DNA of 64,000 nucleotides from Myxococcota bacterium (GCA_965140415.1 OZ223209.1:3328001-3392000), one strand, 5' to 3'; shown: positions 48,732 to 59,111, numbered from the stretch's first letter. A program made the numbers and translations. The notes: generated from the sequence alone by a model not told the origin.

Positions 48732-51700
48732 CTATTTCTCCGCCCAACTTGTTCCGATACTACATTCCACCAATCCTTTGACACTCGCATCAGGGAAGAT
48801 ATCCAGCATTCCCTCCATCATCACTTCGGCGAGGATCTGCTGCACCTCCTCGACATCGCCGGCGTCCGCCTCGACAATCAGCTCATCGTGCACCGCACCA
48901 ACCAATGAGGCATTCACTCCGGATTCATCCAACTTGGCTGTCAACCGCGCCATGGCGGCGTACAACACCTCTGCCGCACCGCCCTGGACCTGATAATTAA
49001 AGACCCGGAATGGGGTCAACTCCCGCGCACCGAACACAATCTCCCGACCGGCTGGAGTGCGTACCGAGTTCGATTGTTTGGCCTGCCGGAGCGCTCTCTG
49101 ATGCCAGGAAGCAAAGCCAGGATAGGACTTGAACCAAGCCTCCCGGTGCTGCCTGGCCTTTTTAATACTCATCCGAACGCCGTAGGTCTGTTCTGCATAT
49201 TTCTGAAGCCCCTTAGCCGACATCCCGAACAGAAGGCCGAAATTGATCGCCTTGGCTAACTGGCGTTCCAATTTCGTCACCTCCGAAGGGTCCTTATCCA
49301 GCAACATCGCCGCCGTCATCGTGTGGACATCCACACCGTGTATGTAAGCCTTCAGCAGAATGCTTTCAGGGGCAATATGGGCTGCGCTTCGCAACTCCAT
49401 CTGTCCGTAGTCGGCAATGACCAGTTGGCGGCCTTCATGGGCAACAAACAACCTGCGGAACGCTGCTTCTCTCGGCATGTTTTGCAGATTCGGCTTCGAG
49501 CAGCTCATGCGCCCGGTGATGGCCCCGGCCAGCCTGAAATCCGCATGGATCCTCCCCGTCGTGGGGTGCAGGTGTTCGATCAGACCCTTGCCGTAGGTAG
49601 AACGCTGCTTGGCCACGTCCCGATAGGGAAGGAGAATGTCGCTCACGACGGCCCGTGCGTCCTTGGAAAGCAACGGCAACCCCGCCTGCAGCTCGGCAGC
49701 TCCCAGTTTCAGCCCGCCCCCCGGAGTCGTCGGCCACTGCGCCAAAGCCTTTTTCCCGCTCTCTTTCAGCTTCGAAGCCACCCACTCTCCTAGTTGTTTG
49801 GTGCTGTTCGGGTTCCGCCCACCCAGGGCCTTTTGCAGCTTGGTCCGAAGCTGAGCCTCTCGTTCTCCCACATCAGCCATCAAGACGGCGTGCGCGTCTC
49901 TTTCAAAGGCCATGCCGGTCAGGCACATCTGTACCACAGCCGGTTGTGCGCCGATGACAAGATCGTAGGCGCGCCGGCTGTCCCGGCTTTCGACTTCTGC
50001 CTCAATTCGCTCGAACAAACGTCGGGTGACCTCGGCGTCCTTGGCGGCGTAGGCCAGTTGTGTGTCCGACATCTCTCCACTCCAGTCGGATTTCTGAAGG
50101 GTCTTGTCCACGGTCTCACCCAGCCAGTGCCCCACGGCATTTTCCAACGAGGCATGCTCGCCGGTGACCAGGTGGTGACCGAGCATGGTGCAGTCCAGGT
50201 TGACGGAGATGCCCGCAGCCTTCAGCATTCCCATGTCGAACACGGCGTTGTGCGCGATGCCGCGGATCTGTCTCAACGGCTCCCGTACGGCTCCGAGCCC
50301 ACCGATCTTGTCCACGTCCAGCACAACCACCGGCCCGTCCTCCGGCGCCAACTGGACGAGCCGAACTCGATCCAGGATGGGATCAAGCCCCGTGGTCTCC
50401 ACGTCCAGGCCGACCCGCTGACCCGAATCCGCCAGTTCGCCGATGACCCGACGCGCCTCGTCTGCGTCCACGATCAGCGTGTAATCGATGCCGGACGGTG
50501 CGTTCGTAGACTCGATCCGGTCGGAGACCGCTCCCATACTCTCCGTCGAACGGGGCGTGGTCGGTGGGACTGATTCCGGATCGTAATCGATCATCTGCCC
50601 CGATTCATCCCCTACCAGCATCTCCATCTGCGGCAAGGCCTCTCTTAACGCCTGGCCGAGATCTGCGATCTCAACGGTTCCGTCTTGCGAGTGATCACCG
50701 CAATTACGATTGAAGCCATGCACCTCCACCTCCTCCAGCCTGTGCCAGGCCTTATGGGCGTAAAGAGCGACGTCGCCGGTCATACCACGATGCCGCACAA
50801 GGGAGAGCCGCACCCGACCGCCCGCTCCTGGACCGAACCGGGGGTACTGCTGCTCCAGTTGCTGGATATGCCGAAAACAGGCCTGTGCCCGTGTTTCGTC
50901 ACCACGCATCCGGGCCTGATGACCGACAAACTCCCAGGGGTCAATAGCCACCTGCGTTGTGTTCTCGCCTTTGCCTTCCTTCACGTAGACCACCTGTGTT
51001 TGCATGGTGAGGAGGCCGTCCGCGGCATGCGCGATCGCCAGGCTGTCGCGCGCTGAATTTACATCGATTTCGCCCTCCTTGTTTGCCTGCCGTTCTGCCT
51101 CCTTTGTCGTAGATGACAGCGCAATCACCACCGCACCCGTTTTACGCGCAAGATCTTTACAGGCCACGGCGAGATTAGTGACTCGGGTTGTCGTGTCACC
51201 GTATCGGTCGAGCTGCTCGACCCCAGTGCGCGCAAGTTGCAAATAATCGATTACGACGATCGGCGTTTTATCGGGATGCTGCCGACGAACACGGCGAACC
51301 CATGCTCCGGCATCTGCCAACGTCGTCTCCAGACCCGCCTCCCAGATTTCGAGGAACTGACCCTCGTTCTGGAGATATTCAGTCAGGCCTTTGGTGAAAA
51401 CCGCTACCTCCTCGCGGTCCAGCAGCTGCATCTCGACCCGGCGGGAGTTCATTCCAAGCTTGCGCGCCATGGCATAGATCATCATCTGGTGCATGGCCAT
51501 TTCGTAGCCAACGTACAAGGCGGGAGTGCCATTCGCCGCCGCATGATCGAGAGTCTGCGCTGCGAGTGTCGTTTTCAATCCCTTGGGCGGCGCAACGATG
51601 ACGTACAGCCGCCCTCCATGCCAACCGCCATGGAGTAGGCCGTTCAATCCCTCGAACGGCGTGGGGATAACGGCGTTGGTGTCCCGCGCAAACAGCTCGA

Positions 51701-53279
51701 CGATCCGGGCCTGCTGCTGGGCGAGTGGACCGTGTTGCCCTGTCTCGATCAGGCAACCCTCCAGGTTATGCTGGAGCTGGTGGACCACCGCAGCCGCTGA
51801 CGGGCTGCTATCACCGGAGTTCGCCTCCGATAGAACCTGATGCACACGATACCGCCGCTCGAATTCCAAGGCCCGCTGGTATGCCGACATTCCTGATTCC
51901 GGGCTGTAGGGATGGTCTCGCAATTGCGCCATGAATCGCTCCACGTCCTCTACCAGCGCGTCCCGGTGTTGAGCAATACTCCGCTCCGCGATATCACAGT
52001 CGAGTTCCCGATAAACCGCCGCTGATGTCAATCCGCCATCGGTCATGGCCCGGGCCATCAGAGCTGCCGGGCTATAGGTCACGGTGATTTCGCCGTTCGA
52101 CTCCAGGGAGTGATCCGGCCAGACGTGCTCCAGTCTGTGAACCGGAAGGCCATCTTCCATGGCGGACCGGAGCAGGTCGAGGGCGACGGGAGGTTCGATC
52201 TGCCGCAACCCGGATTCAGACACGGACGGCGGAGGCCATTCGTCCGTCCGCGCCGGGCAGTCCTGACAACTGAAATATTCCCGCCAGCCCTTCATTTTTC
52301 GCGGGTAATCACAACGGAAATCGTCGCTGTGGTTCGAGAAGAAATTTTTGATCTTCCCATCGAACGTCTTGATGCTCGGGTGATCCTCAGAGGCCTCGGC
52401 CAGTTTGGTCGCCAGGTACCGGGATGCCTTCTTATCCAGTCCCCTCGAGTGCGCATATTTCGCAAGATTTAGGTTGGCCTTATCGTAGTCGTACTCATGG
52501 GACGATCCGTGTTCCAACATGGCGTCGATGCAGGGCGGGTGCTCGTACTCCGGTAGTTTCGACCAGTCTGGTTTGACAGAAGGCCCGGACTGCTTCGGCT
52601 CCCGGAACCCAGTCGCCTGCGCTTCTTTCCGGATCCGGTCGTGGGCCTGCCGGAACGGCGCCACCGTCACCACCTCGGTCCGCGCCAGCAGCGAGATCTG
52701 CTCATCCAGGTCCGGTGGATCGTCGAAGCCCGTGAGGGGCGCGCTGTCGGAGTACCCAGCCGGGTCCAGATACGCCGACCACAACCCCGATCCGCGATGC
52801 TTGCAGACCGGCAGCTTCATAACCGCCTGCGCCGCCTTGGTCGGGACCGCCGTATCGGGCCGGACATCGATGTGCCCTGCGCCGGGACAAGCCACATTGA
52901 GCAGATGTTTAAGAAAGGCCTGCAATTGCCCCGCCGGCACCGGTTCCGCAAGGCAGAAATCAAGGCCGTAGCCCTTGCGCCCGCTGTTGCAAACCAGAGG
53001 TGCGGGAAGGCCCAGTTCCTCTATCTTCCGCAGAACTGCCTGGACCAGAGGCCATTGATCCGCACCGCCGTCGAAATCGAGACGACCCACCCGACAGGTG
53101 CTCTCCGGTCCAACGATGTTCAAGGCCGCCGTCTGCTCACCGCGAAAATGGGCGCGCAGGTCGTTCTCGGCGATCGGTTCATCGCGGGGAATGTAGGCCT
53201 CGCCGTCCTCGCTCTGGAAATGGACTGGCTGGCTGGGCACCAGGTATAGCCGGTCTACGTGTTCAAGCAGTTCTTTCAT
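48732..53279 (-). CDS. Fusion of AEP-type primase, DnaB-like helicase, 3'-5' exonuclease and family A DNA polymerase (1515 aa)
   Basis: LDFD, SGRKGY, KLP; PPC...C...C..CP; APPKGLKTT, VIDYLQ; LDVETTGL, HNAVFD, YAAKDA; TGRMS..PNLQN, ADYGQMELR, R..AKAINFG, VHDEL; AAGGAGG RBS. Confidence 0.88.
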   Translation of the reverse strand: MKELLEHVDRLYLVPSQPVHFQSEDGEAYIPRDEPIAENDLRAHFRGEQTAALNIVGPESTCRVGRLDFDGGADQWPLVQAVLRKIEELGLPAPLVCNSGRKGYGLDFCLAEPVPAGQLQAFLKHLLNVACPGAGHIDVRPDTAVPTKAAQAVMKLPVCKHRGSGLWSAYLDPAGYSDSAPLTGFDDPPDLDEQISLLARTEVVTVAPFRQAHDRIRKEAQATGFREPKQSGPSVKPDWSKLPEYEHPPCIDAMLEHGSSHEYDYDKANLNLAKYAHSRGLDKKASRYLATKLAEASEDHPSIKTFDGKIKNFFSNHSDDFRCDYPRKMKGWREYFSCQDCPARTDEWPPPSVSESGLRQIEPPVALDLLRSAMEDGLPVHRLEHVWPDHSLESNGEITVTYSPAALMARAMTDGGLTSAAVYRELDCDIAERSIAQHRDALVEDVERFMAQLRDHPYSPESGMSAYQRALEFERRYRVHQVLSEANSGDSSPSAAAVVHQLQHNLEGCLIETGQHGPLAQQQARIVELFARDTNAVIPTPFEGLNGLLHGGWHGGRLYVIVAPPKGLKTTLAAQTLDHAAANGTPALYVGYEMAMHQMMIYAMARKLGMNSRRVEMQLLDREEVAVFTKGLTEYLQNEGQFLEIWEAGLETTLADAGAWVRRVRRQHPDKTPIVVIDYLQLARTGVEQLDRYGDTTTRVTNLAVACKDLARKTGAVVIALSSTTKEAERQANKEGEIDVNSARDSLAIAHAADGLLTMQTQVVYVKEGKGENTTQVAIDPWEFVGHQARMRGDETRAQACFRHIQQLEQQYPRFGPGAGGRVRLSLVRHRGMTGDVALYAHKAWHRLEEVEVHGFNRNCGDHSQDGTVEIADLGQALREALPQMEMLVGDESGQMIDYDPESVPPTTPRSTESMGAVSDRIESTNAPSGIDYTLIVDADEARRVIGELADSGQRVGLDVETTGLDPILDRVRLVQLAPEDGPVVVLDVDKIGGLGAVREPLRQIRGIAHNAVFDMGMLKAAGISVNLDCTMLGHHLVTGEHASLENAVGHWLGETVDKTLQKSDWSGEMSDTQLAYAAKDAEVTRRLFERIEAEVESRDSRRAYDLVIGAQPAVVQMCLTGMAFERDAHAVLMADVGEREAQLRTKLQKALGGRNPNSTKQLGEWVASKLKESGKKALAQWPTTPGGGLKLGAAELQAGLPLLSKDARAVVSDILLPYRDVAKQRSTYGKGLIEHLHPTTGRIHADFRLAGAITGRMSCSKPNLQNMPREAAFRRLFVAHEGRQLVIADYGQMELRSAAHIAPESILLKAYIHGVDVHTMTAAMLLDKDPSEVTKLERQLAKAINFGLLFGMSAKGLQKYAEQTYGVRMSIKKARQHREAWFKSYPGFASWHQRALRQAKQSNSVRTPAGREIVFGARELTPFRVFNYQVQGGAAEVLYAAMARLTAKLDESGVNASLVGAVHDELIVEADAGDVEEVQQILAEVMMEGMLDIFPDASVKGLVECSIGTSWAEK

Positions 53280-53490
53280 CGTCTCCTCCTTCACGAGAGA
53301 GTAGGCCCGCAGCAACGCCACCACGGCGCGGCGCGGTGAATAGGCCTATTCTCCCGCGAGGGGGAGGCCGCCCGCCACGGCCCCAGACGGGAGCGGCGGA
53401 CTCACCCCCTCTTGGGGGTTCTTTAAGATACTTGGGCGCTCGTGGCCGGACAGATGTGACCTGATTTCAGTTGGTTACAGGATCGGGCGC

Positions 53491-53551
53491 GAAAATAAGT
53501 GGTGGGTGTTCGGAAAATAAGTGGTGGGTAAACGGAAAATAAGTGGTGGGT
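53491..53551. repeat. Three 17-bp direct repeats GAAAATAAGTGGTGGGT with 22-bp period (iteron-like)
   Basis: Exact copies at 53491, 53513 and 53535, immediately downstream of the Rep-like gene. Confidence 0.85.
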
Positions 53552-53574
53552 GATTGTAAGAGCTTGACATCAGG

Positions 53575-55620
53575 TCAGTTTTTAGGCTTCTTGCGTGGCC
53601 CGGGCTTTTCTAGTTCAGAGACCAGAATTCGTTTATCTCTCTTTAAATCCAGGGACTTGTACATCACCGCATAATCGTTTGACCCTTTGATCTTTACGAG
53701 CTCTCCCAGCGGGTTGGCTGGCGACGGGATTTCCACCGACCAGTCGGCAATCACCCCGGCCTCCGCCACCTGATCGAGTGAGGTAAATATCCGGATGGCG
53801 GCCTTTTTGGGCGTCAGGCCGTTGATCAGCGAGCCAAGACCAAGCGCGTGCAGGATGGTTTCCACCCGCGTGCCGTTGCCATTCGGAGTCTCCAACTCGG
53901 TGGTTCCCAGATTCCTGTACGTCGTGCGGAGGCGCAGCTCGATATAGAGCTGGAGTGCGGGAGCGGTGTGTAGGGCCTTTCGACGATAGCCGAACATGGC
54001 CTGACGGTTCGTGACCATATAGAGGGCTTTTTGGCCTTCACCAGTAATATAGGACGCCAACTGGGGATTGATCCGCCAATGAATGCAATGGGGTTGGCCA
54101 TTACGGATATCGACTGCCGAGACCTGGATGATACCCGTGATGATCCGTTCCTGGCCTTTATTCCTGAGACCGGAAAACGGGATGTTGATGCGGCGGGCGA
54201 CGTTCATGAAGGCGAAAAACAGCTCGCGCGGGTCGAGGTTTTCCCCGAGAATATTCGTGGTTCCTCTGCTCGCGATCCGCTCCACCTTGTCAGGGCGAAG
54301 AGTTTTCCAGAAGTCCGCCGCGGTGGTGGCGGTGTCATACCCGGTATTTAGCGTGCCGTTTTCCTCCGCCATCTGGAACAGGCCCACGTATCCCTGCGGC
54401 AGGAGCCATGAGACATTCGGCGCGACAAACACGGTCTGCACCGAGTTTAGCAGGGTGTCTTTAGACAGGTCATCGTCAATCACCGCGAATTCAAGGTCAC
54501 GATAGGTACGGCTTTGTGAAACCGGGCGTTGCAAGGCCAAAGCCTCGGCACCTTGACCAGTTGTAACGATGGAGAGTGGTTTGTCCATTTCCGGGTTCAC
54601 CTTCAGCACCGGCATGTGTGGGATGATATCTAAGAAATTGGATGGTACCTCTGTGAACTGACCGCGTAGTTCGGCACGTTGATCCGCATTACGCTCAATT
54701 CGACACCGCGTCATGTCCAGTTGCCGGCTCGCTCGGAGGAGTCGTTCTCTATGGCGGTTGATGTAATCGGTTAGACTGAGATACAATTGGCGAATTTCAC
54801 CGATATACCAGTCGACTTGCTCGCCGGACGCATCAGGCGAAAGTTCTCCAAGATCCTTCCGATGTCGAAAAAGTTTAGCAAGTTTCTCGGCCAGCTTGCC
54901 GGTGAATTCAGGTGTAGGGATGTCGATCCACTTGTTGGTCGGGCCTTCAATGAGCCAGAATTGAATGGTTTCGTCGTCTGAGTCAGAGAGAGTTGTCCCG
55001 CAGATCAGACGTTTCGTCGGGATTTTTAGACGATCCATCAGGTCATACAGGGCAGCCCAGGATGCGAGGTCATAGTAGGTCTCGACCTCATCCGTCAGTG
55101 GCATATAGGCGATGCTGGCTTGGGGGGTAGCAGTTGTACGGCTTAGTATCGAGTGGTTTGGGATCGCGTCCAGATATGCCTGCACGTATTCCAGCTCGGT
55201 TTGTTGTTGCTCGCGGAACTATCTCCGGGCGGCATCCTCTCTAAACAGCCGTACTTCGGTGGTTTTCGTTGTGGGTGACGTTCCCTCCATCGCGGTTACA
55301 TTCGATTCCACGCGCAGGACATCTTCGTGGCCGGGCTCACGCCAGAACCGAGTCTCCAGGTGGGTCAGCGCAGCCAATGGGAACTCCTGCCACAGGTCGG
55401 TGGCGGCATCCTCCACGGATCGGTCACCAACCGGTTCGGGGTAGCAGTAGAAATAGCCCTGGGCGAATGGTTTTTTGTAGTAGCCCGTCCAGTGGTCATC
55501 TGCAGCGGGCATCGCTACGTCGATCACGTTGACGGTGAGACCGCGCGCCGGGACTATGGGTAGGTCGATCGTGGTGAACGGAGATCGCGGAGTGGTCGTG
55601 GGTATCAGGTTCATGTTCAT
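53575..55620 (-). pseudogene. Putative replication-initiator-like gene split by an in-frame TAG at 55219-55221
   Basis: ORFs 55219-55620 and 53575-55185 are in one frame (DAARR*FREQQQTELEYVQAY); strong AGGAGG RBS only at the 5' part; Rep role inferred from the adjacent repeats. Confidence 0.5.
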
Positions 55621-55714
55621 CCTCCTATCGAAAACGGTGTTGAGATCATATTTGTGTAGGGTTTCATAGCAGCTCTACAGAATTATCCGAGACACATTGA
55701 GCACATTGAAAACC

Positions 55715-57124
55715 CTACACAGAACGTTTCCCCATTGTTTTCTGGTTCAGCCTGGCCCCCGAATATACAAAACCTTTTCGCGTTCGGATTTTCTCGAATC
55801 GCTCAGACATTTTTTTACCGAAGGCGGTTTCGGTCATTGGATTACCGCCACGATGTTTGCAGTAGGTTACATATGCCGTGAAAAATTCGCGAGCGGTGCT
55901 GGCCAATGGAAAACCGGGTTGGACATCTGGGTCGACCTTTACCTCGTCACGTAGAAAAGCGTCGATGGTCGCGGATTCCTGGGCATCGGCGTACGCCTCG
56001 GTCTCGTCCGCGATCCATGGGAGGGCGGCTGGGTCACGATGCTGATCGAGAAACCCAGATACATCTGTCCGGAGTGGTTCCAGAATCCAATGTAAAAATG
56101 CCGGTCCTTCCTGTAATAGCGCTTGGTGGCGGAGAAATTGATAGTCGTCTGTACCCAATATTCCCTCGGCCGGGATGACGTGGAACAATTTGGGGATCTC
56201 ATCACGAGATCCACGAAAAACCGGAGTGCTACGGTCGGCAGGCGTGGTCATTATTACCGTAAAAGGTGGCGCGACTATATCGACTGTTTCTGTTTTTGAG
56301 AGATTGAGCTGGATTTCCGGACGCTCATAAAACGGCCATAGAATCCGCTCGTCCAGCATAGCGTATTTAGACTGGTGTATATCTATAGCGAGACGAAGGC
56401 TGAGCAACTGGTGGAGCGATCGAAATTTATTTGGTTCGACCGCCGTTGTCACTGGCATTTCCACACAATAGCCGCCAGCTATCTGGTTGATAAACTGGAG
56501 TAGCAACCGGATACCATCCTCATCAGCGGTTTTGAGGATAATCAGTTTTTTTGCTCTGAATCCCGCTAAAACGGAACCTAAATACCGACGGAAAAATTCA
56601 AACTTCTCTATATCGTCATTGAATATGGTACTCAGAATGCCTGTAGTCCGTTCGCAACTGCCGGTCTGATTTAAAGGAAAACGTGTCGACACCAGAGGGA
56701 AATAATCCAGTGCCGCGGGACTCAACTGTCCGGTGAGAACATTGTATAGCCCGGCCGGTGTGTTAACATACCCAACATGCCCCTGGAAATGTCGGGTATC
56801 CGTTTCGCAGACGGCCTCAATCAATCTCAGGATTTCACGGTAGGTTGTGGATTTTGCCATCGCAGCAGCACGTCCTGCATCCGCCCAACGTCCCTGCCGC
56901 GATAGCTGGTTTGCAAATTGGAGAATTACCGACTGGATGTCCGGGAACAGATCGTTCTCACGAGCGGGTTCAAATATCCGCCCATTGAACCGCAGCCACT
57001 TTATGGTCGGGTTATACGCCAGAGCCGAGCCATGCTCTCGTAGAAATGCCTCTGCAATCGCCGGTAGGCCGACGAAATTCTGCTCAAATAAACGAGCAGC
57101 TTCTGACCCGAGGGTTCTATCCAT
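55715..57124 (-). CDS. P4/D5-family primase-helicase-like protein with degenerate P-loop
   Basis: W..FNG..F, VNTPAGLYN..TG, R.LG..L.G, C-terminal winged-helix-like Y..YC...G..PM....FGK.M; no GKS/T. Confidence 0.65.
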   Translation of the reverse strand: MDRTLGSEAARLFEQNFVGLPAIAEAFLREHGSALAYNPTIKWLRFNGRIFEPARENDLFPDIQSVILQFANQLSRQGRWADAGRAAAMAKSTTYREILRLIEAVCETDTRHFQGHVGYVNTPAGLYNVLTGQLSPAALDYFPLVSTRFPLNQTGSCERTTGILSTIFNDDIEKFEFFRRYLGSVLAGFRAKKLIILKTADEDGIRLLLQFINQIAGGYCVEMPVTTAVEPNKFRSLHQLLSLRLAIDIHQSKYAMLDERILWPFYERPEIQLNLSKTETVDIVAPPFTVIMTTPADRSTPVFRGSRDEIPKLFHVIPAEGILGTDDYQFLRHQALLQEGPAFLHWILEPLRTDVSGFLDQHRDPAALPWIADETEAYADAQESATIDAFLRDEVKVDPDVQPGFPLASTAREFFTAYVTYCKHRGGNPMTETAFGKKMSERFEKIRTRKGFVYSGARLNQKTMGKRSV

Positions 57125-57329
57125 TTCGATTGCTCCCAGCATCAACAGTCTGTTCGTTTAGCCACTGGGCGATTGCGTCCTCGTCGTATCGGATCAACCG
57201 TCCGACCTTGATCCATTTGGGGCCGACGCCCCGTCTACGCCACGCCCTAGCACAGGCCTTAGTTATTCCCAGCCATTCGCAGAGCTGGGTTTCGGTTTTC
57301 AATCGACGTTGGATTTGCGGTTGTTTCAT
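57117..57329 (-). CDS. AlpA/excisionase-type HTH protein
   Basis: LKTETQLCEWLGI....RAWRRRGVGPKWIKVGRLIRYD; GGAGG RBS. Confidence 0.85.
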   Translation of the reverse strand: MKQPQIQRRLKTETQLCEWLGITKACARAWRRRGVGPKWIKVGRLIRYDEDAIAQWLNEQTVDAGSNRNG

Positions 57330-57478
57330 GATCACCTCCAGTAGCGAGTAATCGCATTTGGTGACCATCGTAATGGAGGGAAAAATTAATGTATCGGTCT
57401 TATGGTAGAGAAATTGGGCGGGCTTACGATCGGAAAACAGATGAAAGGTTTAGCGGTCAGGAATGCCAAGCTTTCTTT

Positions 57479-58510
57479 TCAGATTTGGCGGTATAGGAAC
57501 CTTTTTAACCTTTTTTGCCAAGCATCATCACCATAGGTTTTCTTGTCATCATCATTGCCAACAAGAAGATTGAAGCATGTTTGGGTGAATTTCCACCGTT
57601 GTGTCTTGAATCTTGATGTAGGGATTTGTCTCATCCATACTTCCGCGAATGAATCAAACACCGAAACCAAACCAATGACGAATAGTTCTTCCAAAGTATC
57701 GGACGGGGAGCCCCCGAGCTTTTTAAATTCACTGATCTGATTTATCGAGGGCAAAATATTGTTTTCAAACTTACCGATCCAGCTTAAGGTCTGTTTTGGC
57801 TCAGAGCCCCATATTTCCTCAAACAGTTGGCTGGCCATCGAGTATAATTTGCTAAATGGGAGGTTGTGACCATAATCAAATACTTGAGGTATGATATCAT
57901 CATCAGAACCGAGTTTTTGACGACCAAAATAGGGCATTGTCAGGCGGTCAGCATCAACATCGATCAATTGCTTCTCAATGCTCTGTGCTTTTCCAATCGT
58001 CTCTCTTAGGGCATGAAGTTTGCCTTGAACTGCCAGTATATCTGTTCTCAGTTTATCAGCTTGATCAATCAAGCCATTTGCGATGCCGTGAATCTTTGGC
58101 ACCTCCGCAATCTGACGGAAGTGCCGATATGCAACCATTACACAAGAAGGAATCGCCTTAGAAAGTTGCCAAACCAGAAACTCCACCTGATCGTCTCTGC
58201 CAGCTTGATAGTGTTTCAGGATATTATTTTTCTCATAGTAATCATTTACAGCTTTGCTCGATAGTCGATAACTGCCTTCAGTGAAGGATTCGCCGTTTTC
58301 AATGGTATGGTAAACAAGTTTTCGCCAATCAGTGCTTGGGAATAGAGGAGTAATCCAATCGCCGTTACCATATCTGTTACCTGGTCGTCTCATTTCCCAT
58401 CGGTAGATTTTGTCTAGATCCCATTCGGATTTGCCCGAGAGCTTCTTCGGAAGAAATGCATCAAGGATTTCCTGCTTTTCCTCTATATTGAATGGTCGCA
58501 GATCTCGCAT
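57479..58510 (-). CDS. Hypothetical protein, first gene inside the tRNA-Pro island
   Basis: 343-aa ORF, AT-richer than its neighbours; no recognised motif. Confidence 0.6.
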   Translation of the reverse strand: MRDLRPFNIEEKQEILDAFLPKKLSGKSEWDLDKIYRWEMRRPGNRYGNGDWITPLFPSTDWRKLVYHTIENGESFTEGSYRLSSKAVNDYYEKNNILKHYQAGRDDQVEFLVWQLSKAIPSCVMVAYRHFRQIAEVPKIHGIANGLIDQADKLRTDILAVQGKLHALRETIGKAQSIEKQLIDVDADRLTMPYFGRQKLGSDDDIIPQVFDYGHNLPFSKLYSMASQLFEEIWGSEPKQTLSWIGKFENNILPSINQISEFKKLGGSPSDTLEELFVIGLVSVFDSFAEVWMRQIPTSRFKTQRWKFTQTCFNLLVGNDDDKKTYGDDAWQKRLKRFLYRQI

Positions 58511-58631
58511 TTACTCAACCTGTTGCTTGCTACCGATTGCTACCGAATATGATCAACCATTATGCAGTACTGAGCTTCCGAGAAGAAGCAAAATTTCCGC
58601 CTCTCCACTTGACTTATACTTGACTCAGACC

Positions 58632-58668
58632 AAAAACAGCCACTCACGAAAACTCGTAAGTGGCTGTT
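58632..58668 (-). terminator. Intrinsic terminator after tRNA-Pro
   Basis: AACAGCCACT...AGTGGCTGTT inverted repeat with a T-run on the minus strand. Confidence 0.65.
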
Positions 58669-58673
58669 ATTAC

Positions 58674-58750
58674 TGGTCGGGGCGACTGGATTTGAACCAG
58701 CGACCACCTGAACCCCATTCAGGTACGCTACCAGACTGCGCTACGCCCCG
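58674..58750 (-). tRNA. tRNA-Pro(GGG)
   Basis: CGGGGCG acceptor stem, CCTGA-ATGGGGT-TCAGG anticodon arm, GGTTCAAATCC T-arm, CCA end. Confidence 0.95.
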
Positions 58751-58754
58751 TATC

Positions 58755-59111
58755 CTAATTCAATCGATTTTCAAGATCTACAAGCCGTTCCCGAATGGAA
58801 CGTAAAACATCTACAGGATCAGGAAGAACGGTCTTTTCAACTTCCTGCTTATACTCACCAGCACCCTTTAATTCTCGAATCTTTTCCCGGGCACCTTCGA
58901 TCGTATACTTCTCTTCGTACAACAACCGTTTTATCAGCAGAATCGATTCGATATCCTTCCGCTGGTACACTCTCTGGTTGCTCTTGGATTTGACCGGGCA
59001 TACCGTCGGAAACTCAGACTGCCAATACCTCAGTACATAAGGCTTTAAATCCGTTATTCTGGCGACTTCGCCAATCCGAAAATAAAGTTTGTCCGGGATA
59101 TCAATCGGCAA
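58755..59111 (-). CDS. MerR-family regulator
   Basis: IPDKLYFRIGEVA...PYVLRYWQSEF...YTIEGA; usual position between ihfA and tRNA-Pro. Confidence 0.92.
   Translation of the reverse strand: MPIDIPDKLYFRIGEVARITDLKPYVLRYWQSEFPTVCPVKSKSNQRVYQRKDIESILLIKRLLYEEKYTIEGAREKIRELKGAGEYKQEVEKTVLPDPVDVLRSIRERLVDLENRLN

Noticed and set aside
53491-53551. Direct repeats as a mini-CRISPR
   Set aside because: 17-bp units with 5-bp spacers and no cas genes; fits iterons instead
44934-55221. Alternative genetic code, selenocysteine or pyrrolysine as explanation for the in-frame stops
   Set aside because: The stops differ (TGA and TAG), neighbouring genes terminate normally with both codons, and no recoding machinery is visible; decay is simpler
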